NCBI RefSeq assembly: GCF_009914755.1
Contig: NC_060931.1
Source: the human T2T-CHM13v2.0 reference genome, Homo sapiens
DNA: 64,000 nucleotides
Direction: 5' to 3' (one strand)
The notes beneath the pieces are model-generated. The model was given only the letters and a program-made list of their open reading frames with translations, ran no database searches and was not told the DNA's origin. Shown here piece after piece: positions 1 through 14,400 of this stretch; the stretch's first letter is position 1, and each line of letters opens with the position of its first letter. The position numbers and the translations under genes were made by a program.

Positions 1-212
1 TTCACATGTTTTTCTTTGCTTGCTTATATTCTAGCCACGCTGGCAGCTGATTAGATTGTGCCCACTCAGATTAAGAGTGGGTCTGCCTTTCCCAGCCCAC
101 TGGACTCAGATTTTAATCTCTTTTGGCAATACTCTCTCTCACACACACACCCAGGACGAATACTTTGTATCTTTCAATCCAATCAAGTTGACACTCAGTA
201 TTAACCATCACA
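1..212 (-). mobile_element. MLT2A (ERVL) LTR, partial, runs off window start
   Basis: Reverse complement begins TGTGATGGTTAATACTGAGTGTCAACTTGATTGGATTGAAAG, the MLT2A 5' terminus, and includes the CTAATCAGCTGCCAGC motif. Confidence 0.9.
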
Positions 213-1700
213 CTTTTCATTCTTTTTTTTCTTTTGATTGTACATGTTCCAGTAACCTGTCTTCAAGTTAACAGATTTTTTCTTTTGCCTGATCAATGCT
301 GCTGTCAATACTCTATTGCATTTTAAATTTTATTCATTGTATATTTTTGGCCATAAAATTTATATTTAAAAATTATTTCTATCTCTCTGTTACATTGCTT
401 GTTTTGGTTGTTTATTGTTTTCTGATTTTGTTAAACTGTTGCTCTGTATTTTCTTAAATAAAGTTTACTAAGTTTCCTTAGAACATTTCGAATTCTTTGT
501 CTAGCAGTTTTTTTTTAATCTCCATTTCTTTTGGATAAGTTACTGTGAAATTATTGTGTTCTTTTGGTGGTGTTATATCTCCTCTGTTTTTCATGTTTCT
601 TATTGCTTTATATTGATGTCTATACATTGATGGAGCTATCTCCTCTTCCAGATTGTACAGCTAGTTTTTCTGGAAGATCTTCCCCTACAGGGTTTGTGAG
701 GGTGCTTCTGGATGAAGTGCAGTGGCTCTGATACGAGGGAGTTCAGCTCTGTAGTCTCTGTACAGCTTTGTCAGCCGAGATTGGTGTTGACAAAGATTGC
801 AGGTATCCTCAGTGACGGCAATGGTTATTGAGGTCTTCAGAGCTGATGGCTGCTAAGATCCTCTCAATCTCTTTTTCTCCCACTGGAGATGTTTTAGCTA
901 AGGGGATCACTCTTGGCCTGGGTCTGGCTTGCAGGCCAGTTCATGGTGATGGTGGTATTGCTGTCTGTTGAGTGGCACCCAGGCAGTGGCCACTTACCTG
1001 AGACCTGACACATTAGCATATGTAAAGGACTATAGTTTTGGGATTTGTGATGATAAGAGCACTGGTGCCCAGGACACAGGTACCTCTACTTCTGTTTTGG
1101 TACCAATATGTAAGCAGATGCTTGTGAAGCAGCTGGGGAGCTGAAAATAGAAACACAGGCTTGTACAGAGTTATAGCAGCTCGGGAGTCAGGGTGGGGTC
1201 ACTCTCTTTAGTGGCTGAGCTGAAGCTTGGGGTGCAGGTGCCTCCACTGCCATTTATTGGCAGAAGGAGGGGTGTGCCAATGTCTCCTTCTGTGGATTTC
1301 CTCAGCATGATGGGCTGTTCATTACCTCAGTAGAAAAAAATGCCACTGTCCTCTGCAGAGGAGGCCACTGGGAACCACAGTGGTTCCAGATTTGTGGGTA
1401 ATACCTGTAGCCTTCCCCCTTCTTCTTTGTTTCTAGCTGCCTCCTGGTGTCCTAGGTATGCTGGTCTCACTAGCATACCTAGTACTGGTCTCACTAGTGA
1501 TCCTTTATAAATGGATATTCTCCAGGTTATTTTTTTTGAGGCTTGGGGGAGGGGGAGGGTGGTCCACAGTGTTGCTGCAGCTTCTTTAATGAGCCCTTGA
1601 ACCCTTTTTTAACTACTTATGTTTATGGCTAGCTGTCTATGTTTGTCTTTTGGTGGGAGAATGTAGGCTGGTATATCTTACCATACCATCTTTGTGACAT
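213..1700 (-). mobile_element. Old L1M (MA/MB-type) ORF1 and 5'UTR remnant
   Basis: T-rich antisense ORF1-like sequence (cttcaagttaacagattttttc..., gatgtctatacattgatggag), then a GC-richer 5'UTR ending in ccatacCATCTT, typical of an antisense L1 5' end. Confidence 0.7.
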
Positions 1701-2390
1701 CATATCTAAAGTTTTAAAAAATTGTTATAACTAAGATTTAAAGAGATTGAGTAATCTGTCTGAGATCTCACAGTGAGTGCTGAAGTAGAATTAAAACCTG
1801 GGCCATATAGTTCTCAAATCACTTTTTTTCTTTTAATATTAACTGCATCTTCGGTAATGCACACACCCATTGTCTATCTTTCTAATTGTCTCATGTGGAT
1901 TTTTTTCTTCTCAGATAGCAGATAAAAGTGTATACATAGAAGTGCAGGCTTTTCTATTGATGGATAATTTTCTGAGGTGATATTCTTAGGGAGAACTACA
2001 TATTAAATGAAAAACTGTCTGTTTTATTAGTGATGTCAAACTTAATGATTTCTCCTGGGCTTGGCACTGTCTGACAGAAAAAATTTCCAATTGTAGACTA
2101 ATTGATTTTTGCCATAACTCAAGAAAATAGGAGTTTCCATGAACTTTGCTTAAAATAGAATGCAATTATTTTTGCTTTTATTTATGTGCCTTACAGCTAC
2201 AATCTTTTTAAGCCACCCCCTTCATTTAAGTGCTCTTTTCAGTATTTAGCACTGCACTTTTTCTGATGATTAATACTGGGCTAATTTAATGTTAGCTTGA
2301 ATTTGGTTATCTAGGGAATTGGTACTCTAGATAGTATACTGACTGGCACCAAACTAAAGCATTTATTGTCACAGCATAATAAATAACACC

Positions 2391-3490
2391 TGATATAGTT
2401 TGTCTCTGTGTCCCCACCCAAATCTCATCTCAAATTGTAATTCCCGTGTGTTGAGTGAGGGACCTGGTGGGAGGTAATTGGATCACGGGGGTGGTTTCCT
2501 CCATGCTGTTCTTGTGATAGTGAGTGAGTTTTCATGACAGCTGCTGGTTTTAAAGTGTGGTACTTCCTCACTCTCTCTTTTCTTTCTCCTGCTGCCATGT
2601 AAGATGTGTCTTGCTTCCCTTTCATCTTCTGCCATAATTGTAAGTTTCCTGAGGCCTTCCCAGCCATGAAGAACTGTGAGTCAATTAAACCTTTATATAT
2701 ATAAATATATAAACCTTTATATATAAATATATGTAAATATATATATTTATATACATATATGTGTATATATATTTATATATACATATATACATTTATATAT
2801 ACATATATATTTTTATATACATTTATATACACATATATGTATATGTATTTATATACATATATACATACAATATGTATATGTATTTATATACATATATACA
2901 TACAATATGTATATGTATTTATATACATATATACATACAATATGTATATGTATTTATATACATATATACATACAATATGTATATGTATTTATATACATAT
3001 ATACATACAATATGTATATGTATTTATATACATATATACATACAATATGTATATGTATTTATATACATATATACATACAATATGTATATGTATTTATATA
3101 CATATATACATACAATATGTATATGTATTTATATACATATATACATACAATATGTATATGTATTTATATACATATATACATACAATATGTATATGTATTT
3201 ATATACATATATACATACAATAGGTATATGTATTTATATACATATATACATACAATAGGTATATGTATTTATATACATATATACATACAATAGGTATATG
3301 TATTTATATACATATATACATACAATATGTATATGTATTTATATACATATATACATACAATATGTATATATGTATATATATGTATGTGTGTGTGTGTGTG
3401 TGTGTATATGTATATATGTATATATAATTATATATAACTTACCCAGTCTCAGGTAGTATCTTGATAGCAGTGTGAGAATGAACTAATATA
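2391..3490 (+). mobile_element. THE1D (MaLR) solo LTR split by an AT-rich VNTR
   Basis: Starts tgatatagtttgtctctgtgtccccacccaaatctc, runs to gagtcaattaaacc (~2692), resumes ttacccagtctcaggtag...aactaatata (3439-3490). TSD acacc/aaacc. Confidence 0.9.
2836..3360. repeat. 35-bp minisatellite, 15 copies (TATGTATATGTATTTATATACATATATACATACAA)
   Basis: Counted directly: 525 bp = 15 x 35. Copies at 3221, 3256 and 3291 carry TAGGT instead of TATGT. Flanked by (TA)n-like and (TG)n sequence, 2693-3436 overall. Confidence 0.95.
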
Positions 3491-4619
3491 AAACCTCTAC
3501 TGCCTTTGGCAAGAGTGTTTAAGTATTTGTATTAGAAACCCTATTGACCATTTCTCTTTTCATACTTAGAGTGGCAGAGTGACTGCTCATACTAAGATGC
3601 AAAAAACCTTTCTTTTAAGATTCAAAAGGACTCACAAGTCTTATACAACATTTCAGAACCTTCTGCATTCTATTTGTATAAAGGTCCTTTGTTTATCTGG
3701 GTTCTCCTTTATTTTCTCCTTGCTGGCTTCTCCATATTCTTGTATCTCACTGTTATTCTAATTATTCTTTCTTAAGCATCTTATACAAATTAAATAAAAA
3801 TTTAAATTACAGAAGAAATGAATGTCTTGTGTAGGTTAACTTTTTCATTTATTTCACACAAAAATCTACATGATGGAAAATAGAATTCAGAAACAGACAA
3901 AATCGTCTCCATTAATCCAAACACAATAAACTGTGAGCAAATATTGATTAAAAGCAAAATACTCAAATGGCTTTCTTTTGAAGAAAAAATAACCATCTCA
4001 TCTAAAACTATAGCAACATCTTTTTGTGTTGCTTCCATCTTCTCATATGCAATAACAAAAAATGATGTTAGGACTCTCTATGAAGAGAACATTAGCTAGT
4101 CTGTGGAATAAGAGAGAATTTAAGATATAAAAATAGTTAGGGTCCTAGTGGAAATTGTGAGAAATGCTGATGAAAGTTTGGCAGTTTAGCTAACCAGCAA
4201 TAGTGTAGTGTCCAAAGCAGAATAGGAGAGTCAAGACTAGAAATTGTTTCTGAATTTTAGATGTGTTTTACAATTGCATATGTTGCCTATACTTTCCAGA
4301 TGGGAAGCATCTTTAAATCAGAGGCTATATCTTTATTTTTGTGTACCCCACTATGTCTTCCAACCTTTCCTTTAATCACTACTGCCTTTATTTTTATGTT
4401 CATTCTTGGATTCATTAATTCATTTACATGTTTAATCTAGTAATAACAATTGTTCAGCCACCACTGTATGTGTGTGTCATGCACTATACTAGGATTAGAA
4501 ATAGAGAAATAATTTATGAATTCTATTTTCATTTATTGATTTGTTTACTCCTTGATTTAGTAAATATTTACTTAAATACCGCTATTTGACAGGCATTGCT
4601 TTAGGCATTTGGAATACAT

Positions 4620-5510
4620 TCGTGACTTAAAGTCTATCTTATCTGATGTAAGTATGGCTACCTCTGCTCTCTTTTGTTTACCATATGCATGAAATATTTT
4701 TTTTCCATCTTTTCACTTTCAGACTATGTTTGTCCTTAAAGCTAAAGTGATAGCTTGTAGGTAGCATATCACTATACCTTGTTTTTTTGTTTTGTTTTGT
4801 TTTGTTTTTGTTTGTTTGTTTGTTTGTTTGAGATGGAGTCTCGCTCTGTCGCCCAGGCTGATCTTGGCTCACTGCAACCTCCGCCTCCTGGGTTCAAGCG
4901 ATTCTCCTGCCTCAGCCTCCTGAGTAGCTGGAATTATAGGCACACGCCACCACACCTGGCTAATTTTTGTATTTTTAGTAGAGACAGGGTTTAACCATGT
5001 TGGTCAGGCTGGTCTCGTACTCCTGACCTCGTGATCCACCCACCTTGGCACTCCTGACCTCGTGATCCACCCACCTTGGCCTCCCAAAGTGCTGGGATTA
5101 CAGGCGTGAGCCACCGCACCTGGCCCATTGTACCTTGTTTTTAAATTTTTTCTAAATCTATACAGCCACTCTATGTCTTTTGATTTAAAAAGAGTACATT
5201 TACATCTAAACTAATTATTGATAGGTAAGAACTTGCTATTTTGTTAATTGTTCTCTGACTGCTCTGAAGTCCTTTATTTTTTCTTCCTTATTTAAGATGA
5301 AATTTGGGTAGGGACACAGCCAAACCATATCATCAGTTATTGGAGCTTTGTTAGTTTCTTTGAAGGTGTCGTGTTGCTTTAATTCTCTGTGATCTTTATA
5401 TTCTTGCATTGTTTCTGCACATTTAAAAATCAGTCACCTTTTCCAGTCTTTACAGGTTCACTTTGTCAGGAAAAGACCTTCACAGTCAGCCAAACCTGGG
5501 GTTCTCGATG
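4620..5510 (-). mobile_element. Composite insert: L1M ORF2 5' fragment + Alu + THE1 LTR tip + L1M 5'-region fragment
   Basis: gacttaaagtctatcttatctgatgtaagtatggctacctctgctctc is L1 EN region. 5292-5332 aagatgaaatttgggtagggacacagccaaaccatatca is a THE1 LTR terminus. Flanked by ggaatacat at 4611-4619 and 5511-5519. Confidence 0.75.
4782..5125 (-). mobile_element. AluS (Sg-like) with (TTTG)n tail, ~15-bp deletion and 31-bp internal tandem duplication
   Basis: Alu consensus. Degenerate TSD cactataccttgttttt / cattgtaccttgttttt. Duplication at 5019-5049/5050-5080. Confidence 0.9.
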
Positions 5511-6329
5511 GGAATACATAAGTGAACAAAACAGAAAACACTGCCCCTGTGAACCATATTCAAGAAGAGTGAAGCAGAAAATAAATAAATAACACAATTA
5601 GTAATACATTAGAAGGGAATAAATACTATGGGATAAATGAGTAAAGTGGCAAGAAGAGGCTAATAGGAATTGCAGGCTGCAATTTTAAGTATGGTGCTAT
5701 AGTTAAGTCTCAGTGAGAAAGTAACACTTGGACACAAATTTCATATAGGTAAGAGGGTTACCCACGTGGCTCTATGAGGCAAGAATAGCCAACACTAAAG
5801 CCCTGAGGTGATATGATCCAGTGGTAGAGAAGCCAAGTGTGATGGCAGGTGGAGTGGGGAGGAGTTGAAGTCAGAGAGGGTTTAGAGAACCTGATTATGT
5901 AGGCCCTTGCAGAGTTTGGCTTTTTCTGCATGTGAAATGAGGAACCATGCTGGAGTTTTGAGCAGAGAAATGGCATGAACTGACTTACGTTTAAAAATGA
6001 TCACTCTGGCTGCTGTGTTTATAATGAACTGTTTGGAGTCAAGGGAAGTCACGGGAGGCCAGTTAAAAAGTTGTCGTAGAAATTCTGGCTCATGTTGGTA
6101 TGTTGTACTAGGGAGGTAGAAACAGTAGTGTGAAATGGCAAGATTCCACATGTATTTTGAAGGTAGAATCAAGAGGATTTTCTGATAAAATGTGTGTAGG
6201 TTATGAAAGAAAGGAGATACAGACTCATCCTTATGCTCAAAGGATGAATCTAAGGTTTCATAGTTTACTTAATGAAATGGTGAAGAAAATCACTGGTTAC
6301 CAGGTAGTGCTATTATAAAGGTACCAATG

Positions 6330-7450
6330 AGGTTAACAAGGAGCCTAGTGTTGCCTTATTGAAATGAGTTATAGTGTTAGGGAAGACTACCTAGAAAAGA
6401 TAATATTTCAACTGACTTTTGGTAACATGAGTAGATCTTTGTTAGGTTAAAAAAAAGGGAAGATAATGATTCAGAATGTGGGAAGTTAGTAAATAAAAAA
6501 GGAGGAAGGAGAAAGAGTATAGGTAGAGAAATAGTGAGAGACAAGTAGGAAACAGGAAATTATGCAGGAGCTTATGTCCTATGTAAAAATTATTGAACTT
6601 CATTATAAATGTTGGGGATAGCCTCTTGAAGGTATTAAGCAGAGATATTACTTTATTAATAAGAATTCTTTAATTCCTATTAATATAAAGGAATATTTTG
6701 GAAATATTGTGTCAGAGACAATATATTTAGGGGAGACAGTTAAGAGTTAATTTTATGATCTAGATAAGATACAATAAAAACATGAACTGAGACTTTTCCT
6801 GAGGGAATACATGTGAAGTAGAAGGTAAGATATGCAGATTATTGTTGAATATTAGATAAGGGTGAGGGAACAACCCTAGGAGTCATCACCTAAAATAGAA
6901 AATAAAAGATGTAGACAGGTTCGAAGAGGTACATGATAACTTTGGTTTGAACAAAGTGAGATTGTGCAATCTCTCCATTGAATTGATTAATAGGATCAAA
7001 TATATAAATGTAAGCTCTGGGGGAAGGTCCAGTTGGGGATTCAAGTTGGAGAGGCATAACATAGAGGGATAACTTAAGCCTCATAATTTGATTATTTCAC
7101 CTAAAACAACAAAAAATACTACTGAGAACAGAGTTGAGTAATGTACCAGTATCTAGAAGCAAGCCAGAATAAAAGTGGTCCATAAATAAGACATGTAATG
7201 GGAAAAGAGAAAGGAGCTTCAGGAGAGAGGAGTATTATAGAAAGGAGAAAATTGTGCAAGAGGAAGTGGTCAATAGTGCCAAATGCTTTAGATTCTCAGA
7301 CTGAAGTAAATATATGCCATGCGGTTGGCAATATGAATGTTATGACATCCTAAAAATGTTATCATGGTTTATGATTCCAGAAGAGGCAGACAGTCAATGT
7401 GGAGATTTGTGAACAAATGATATGAAAGACAGTAGTACAGAAAAAAGCTG
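6330..7450 (-). mobile_element. Highly diverged L2 fragment(s)
   Basis: Purine-rich degenerate L2-like motifs (gggagacagttaagag, ttggtttgaacaaagtgagattgtg, gaggaagtggtcaatagtgccaaatgct). Confidence 0.6.
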
Positions 7451-9925
7451 AAAATAGACTTGCATTTCAGAAAATGGGCCAATATTTGCACCCTAGGTAT
7501 GTTGTTATTAATTAGAAATCTGAATTCAATATGTCCAGTTTCTTTAATCTTTGCCTCTAAGAATATTGTCTCTCTGTTTTCACATGGATTCATTTTAAGT
7601 TCACATCTATTATAATAAAAATATGTGCTTTTGTAGTCGGAACATGGGATTTATTTTTCTGGCGTCATACAAAAATTCCTGTGGAGGAGATACACCTGCT
7701 CTGTGTCTTTGCCTATCGTGTGTGTCTATGGATGTGTGTATGTGTGGGGTATGTGTGTGTGTGTCTCAGAAACCTAATTTGAGAAGTATCTGTCATAGAG
7801 AAAGCAATAAATGTTAATGAGTAAATCTAAAAACAATCTCAGCTCAAAATTTAGCCATTTTATATCTTGTCAGGTGGTAGTCATAGTAGATTTATAGTAG
7901 GAACTTTTCAATAACCACAAACCCCCTTAATTTCCAACGGTGACTACCGACTACCTATTTCTAAATAATGCCATTGGATATAAAGGGTAGGGCAAATAAA
8001 GGTAAATGTTTCAGAATGACTCGTTTTCCTCTTAGGAAACCAACTCAAAATAGAATTCCCTGCTGATGGCTGGGTCAGAAAGGCTACATTATATACAGTG
8101 TTCTAGAAATATATTTGTTGCTGTGGTACTGTTAATCATGTCATCCAAATCATGCTCTTCTTTTCTTACTTTTCAAATTATACTTCCATTCATCTTTTAA
8201 AAATAATTAATATATTTTTGTGTATAAATATTTGTAATAATAGACCATTGGAATACAGGAAAAAAAATAGCCTAACTACTTTTCCAAGTTAACATTTTAC
8301 ATGACAAAAAGATAATAAATGCCTGAGGTACAAAGCAGTAGAGCTTAAATTAAATCTGGCCTAACTTTAAAAAGTATGTGAGAGAGATGGCTTTGTCAGA
8401 GGCCTCAAAAATACTAAGTGTCCATAAATAAACATGACTAACTGTAAATTTTCATGAGTATGTAATCCAAGTGATCCCTGTTTATTAATACCTGGAAATG
8501 ATGAAAACAAACATCTACCATAAACATTGATTTAAGAGCTTTTTAAGATAAGAACAGTATTAGTATATATAATGTGCAATGCTACCACCTTAGACAAACA
8601 GTTGTCCTCTACCTTAGTTATTTCATGCATACATTTTCTGACAAATATTTACTCTTCCTGACCATGAAGATAAAGAACATAAAGCCATTAAGTTCTGTTC
8701 TCTCTTACTGTTATTAACACCTTGTCCCTTCACTTATTCTTTTAAATCTACAATGCATTTTGGGCAAACTCTTCATATCTGTGCTTGAATTGCACTCTCC
8801 AGCAGCCTCCCTTAACCTGTAAGTTGTCTCTGCAGCTATCCAGTGAAATGATCAGGAAAGATACTGGAGAGTTAAGGCCATGATCTGAAGGATGTGAGAT
8901 ATTTTCATGTATCATGCCCAAAGCTACATGCCCAATTCATTCTCTTTTGCTATTCCCAGTCCTAGAGACACTGCAATTTGCTCCAACATACACCCATCCA
9001 TACACAAGATAGGTGTAGACTTTAGAGGTTCAATAGCACCAAGTCTAGGGCTAGAGAAGAGCAAGTCTTAAACTCATAGTAAATAAATATGAATCCATGA
9101 TTCCCAATTTCACCTTAGTTCCCAGTGATTCCTAATTCCTGTAGCCTTTTCACCATTCATGTGCATAACACTTCTTTTACTCATCCATTCATCAAATATT
9201 TGTTGAATGATAGTTCTATACCCAGCTCTATTTTTGTGCTAAGACTATAATGATGAAAATATGCCCATAACCTTAAAGAGCTTTAGTAAGAATAGCAGAC
9301 AACTAGTCCTTCCTTACACAGAGGAGGCTTACAGATCAGTGTATGAGGAACTCTATGCTCCGTGCCCCTATTGGCTTCAAATCAAGGGCTATCTTATACT
9401 ACTTTTGTGTTCGTCTGACAAGTCAGGTTTCCTCCACAGATATTCCATGGTCTAGAACTTTTCTAATCCAATACCCTATTTTTTCCCATGGTGGTGTTTC
9501 TAACGTCTGGTATCCTAGATATGTTTAAATTCTAGCCCAACATTGTATGATTTTTTTGTTTAATCTATCTTCAAACCTCCTCCAATAATGGCCTAACAAA
9601 GTGGCATAAGATTTTGGTGTTCTTCTGTGCTGCCATATCTTTCAAGGAGAATTTCTGTTTTTCATTTTAATTCTTCCCCATAGAATCTCACATAGCTCTT
9701 TGTTACCCTCTTATGGAAATTTTTCTTATTCTAAATTATATAACAGTTGCTTGTGTGCTATTATTAATTTGATGGTTTGAGAATATAACACAATACTTTT
9801 GTATGACATCAACTAAAAGTTTCATGAATGGAACTTTGAAGCAACTTCCCTCTGCTCTTCCACACCATGTACGTTATTCTACCTCTGAAAAAATGACTAA
9901 AATCAGTTCAGCCTCCAAGACCATG

Positions 9926-10239
<314 letters not shown>

Positions 10240-10969
10240 AAGACCATGTTTTTAAACCATATATAAAAGAGTTCTCCTTAAATTCAACACAGTTGTCAAG
10301 TGTCAAGCTGGGACTCATTCTGAATCTTGGTTTGCTTTGATATGAAAGTAGGATTTTTGGTTTTGATTTCCAAATTTCCACAGGACATAAAGAGTGGAAT
10401 AATGGAAGGAACCTAAGAAAATTAGAGAACAGCACAAATATTAGTGCTAATATTAGTATAAGGGTCTTCCTGGGATACCTGAGGGGTGATTCTACTGTAA
10501 GATCAACCTAGTGCATTCACAGGTCAAGCTATGATTGAAAGCTCAGAACTTTTGCCTACAGTTGTGGTAGTGCCTTAGACATTTGGCTACCAATGGCTGG
10601 CCACTGAAATTCTTCCTCCTTCTCTACAATATCTGTCAATATTTTTTCTCCTCACTCCACACCCATACTTCTTACAGGTGGGCAAATGACATTTTCTCTT
10701 TCTTATGTTATATACTTTGCACAGTGAAAGACAAATCTTTTAGCTGAAGCCCCTCCCCATCCCAAAGAGATTCCTTACCTTATACCACATCATATAGAAA
10801 TACTAACTTCACCATTGACCTTAAAAATTCAGCCCAAAAGCTGCTTATAGATGTCTTACCATTGCCTTTGGCCTGAGTATGAACATTGATAGATCTTCCA
10901 GAGCAATGTGTTCTAGAAGTCAACCCTAGATTAGCTCCATGCCCTTATAAAACTTTCATCTTTGTTTTA

Positions 10970-11425
<456 letters not shown>

Positions 11426-14400
11426 GGCTCTGATAATGATGACCTTGATGATGACATGAACCCATTTGTTCTTAGTCATATATTGCCAATAACTTTAATT
11501 CATACTAACCCCACTCCAGCCCCCCTCAACAATATATTGGAATAGGCCCCCTATTTCCCACACTAAAATATGCCTTATCCCATACTTAGGGAGTGCCAGG
11601 GGATGTTTGAATTGAAATCAGAAATCAAGTAAGAAACAAGTAAGTTACTTGTTCTAAAAAGGGATAGGAGCCCTCACTGATGGACTCAGGTTGTCTCCAA
11701 ATCCACTTCAGTTGGACCATAGAATCTACAGGAAAAATGAAGAACATGACCATGCTCCAACTAGTCCTGAGGAAAAATGGAAATTAATTTCATTTGAGTA
11801 ATATCCCCCTGACTTTGAGTTCTTTTAAAATTTAACTATTACCTTTAATGGCTTGATATCCAGAGAGGATATTTATACTATAAAACCTTATAAAGCAAGG
11901 ATACGCAGTTTTGTTTATGCTAGCACTTAGAAAGTTATTTAAGCAGTGATGGAGGAGGTAGGTGAAAGTGTGGAGTTACATTTCAACAAGGATTTTGAAA
12001 TCTTTGGAACTTAAGGCTGTACAAAAATAATTGACCAAAAATGGAATAGCTGTGGCTATTTTTGATGGATATGCCAGCAGTTATATATTATGTCCTTTTT
12101 CATTTTTGTTTATTCAGCTTGACGGATGATATAAAAAAGGTGCTTTTGGTTAAGCAGTTTAATATCTTACATTTATATACTACCTTTCAACCCAAAGGAT
12201 TAATAAGCTATGTTTATACAGTTTTATAAACGTTATATGGAATTGGCCCTTTTCTTCACTGGGAATGGTAAAAAGTCATCTGTGGCAGGAATTTGCCCCC
12301 CCTTGAAGGAGATAGGGAATTCAGACCAAGTTCATTAAGGTAGATTCAGCTGATGCAGAATGTACTAAAATCATACCTATTGGGTAACTCCCACTTGTCT
12401 GATAAGTTATGGGAAAGAATTCCACTGAGAACATTGATCAATCTGCTACCTAATTAAGTAATATACTGTTTAGACAGTTTATTTTGAGTTGCCTCTTGTT
12501 GCTAGTGTGTGAGAAGGGTTTCTAGAAGTTTTGGCATTTACCATGTAAAACTACTAACTCATTTCCCTCAACTTGATAAAAAGAAGTAACAATAAATACT
12601 TCATCAACTATTTGCTTAAACTTTTCAAAGGTATTTTTTTTGAGACTCACTTTTCCTATATTAGAATGGAGAACAATGGTACATCTGTTTGTATGTGCAT
12701 CAATACAAGGGATAATTGATAAATATGTAATGATATTTTAATTTATATATATGTTCTCTACATTGAATATTATCTTAAATGGTAAATAATGCCTTGATTA
12801 TAGCCACTAGAGTTAAGTCAAATGGAAACTATTATTGGATTTCATTTTGAAGAGTAATGCTCTTATAATAGTTTCAGGTGCTTTTTCTTGACAACTAAAA
12901 ACAAACAAAGTGCAGCTGATTAGCTATAAGAATGAAAATAAAGTTATAATTCATAAATGATAAGGTAGCATTTGATGTTTAATTTGAAGTCTGTCTTTCT
13001 CTCTCTCTTGCTCTTTCTCCCCATCTTTCTTTCTCTCTCTGTCTCTCTTACACACACACACCCCTAATTGAAGGAATCTTAAATCAAGATTCAAGAGACC
13101 CATGAATTTGCCTCGATTTTTGTCACTCATTAACTTGCTGGTGAATGTCTCTCTAGCCTCAGTTTCTTAGTTTGTATTACTTCCTATGGAATTCATGGAA
13201 AAGAAAGTCTATATATTATAATAATAGTATGTTAAATGTATTAATCTTTAAAGAATTTGCTTGTCTTTTCAAAACCTCATGTATCACTATGTTAAAAAAA
13301 AAATAACCAAATTCTTCTAAGTCCTAAAATGGCCTTTAGTAGTATAAACTTTATCACTGCATTAAGCTTTTTAGGCTGCCATATTATCCCTTACTGTATG
13401 AAATCCATCATGAATAGATTTGTGAAGCTTAAAGGATGTCCAGTGTCCAATTAAGAGCTTTAAATTTCTGGTTTATTCAGTTCCTATTTATGATAAGTTG
13501 AATTGAAGATGATGCCAAATTCAATGTTTTATAAGCATCAGAAAACATTTGATTAATATCTATATTTTGGAAGGACAAGACTAAGGTCTACTTTGAAATA
13601 TATCTAGAATATAGCCATATACTCTCTCAAGCTTTTATTTACTCAAATTTATGAAAATAACTGGGTTGTATTTGGAATATACCATTATGTTTAATGTATA
13701 ACAATATCTTTTCCCTCATTTTTATTATTTTATTTCTCAGTAACTAGCAACATGACTGAACTATAAGATTCGAACGCTCAGATTTTAAATCAAGGGGTTA
13801 GAGCAGTATTTACAAAGAATTACAGAAGCTAAGTATCATAGTCTAGAGAAAAAGAAAATCCATGTGCACTGTTTCATTAGACTGTGATAGGTATAATTTG
13901 AGATGAGATGTGTATTTATCTTGTTGTCCTAAATGTACAACAATCTCATGGCTTGTTTACACTGCTTAATAATAATCAACTCCACTTTCTTTGTAGCCTG
14001 TTAAATTTCTCAGAGAATTGCTTGCATAAGGAACTCCCCCACATTAAATTGCTATGCATTTGAAAATGGATTAATCCTGTGTGTGTGGAAAGAGTTGATC
14101 CTGCAGGCTAGGTTTTGCAGGATAATAAAAACCAAAAAGAAAATGCATTTTGACAAAATTGATTGTGCTAATACAATTTCTCAATCAACTCTCTGCATGC
14201 TATCTTTTACTAAGTGCCCTGGGTTGCGAATAATTGGTCCAATAAAGGCATTTCATTCTAATATCCATCTTACTGGGAATACCTGTGTTTTTGAAAATGA
14301 ATATTTCCATAATTTATAAACTAAACAATTTATTGAGCCCTTGATCAGAGGACTGTATTGCATATTAAGCAGAAAACAAAGGGAATAGGAAACAGAGACT

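Larger units (their letters stand above)
4545..6215 (-). mobile_element. L2 (L2a-like) 3' portion, interrupted at 4620-5510
   Basis: aaatatttacttaaataccgctat...aggcattgctttaggcatttggaatacat continues as aagtgaacaaaacagaaaacactgcccctgtg. Later ggagttttgagcagagaaatggcatgaactgacttacgtttaaaaatgatcactctggctgctgtg is canonical antisense L2. Confidence 0.85.

Noticed and set aside
2759-3293. ORFs of 128-165 aa rich in Y/I
   Set aside because: Translation of the 35-bp AT minisatellite, not a gene.
2836-3360. 35-bp repeat array resembling CRISPR repeat length
   Set aside because: Units are directly adjacent with no unique spacers, there are no cas genes, and the context is human.
11635-11653. aacaagtaa-g-ttacttgtt inverted repeat
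   Set aside because: 9-bp AT-rich arms are plausible by chance in 64 kb.
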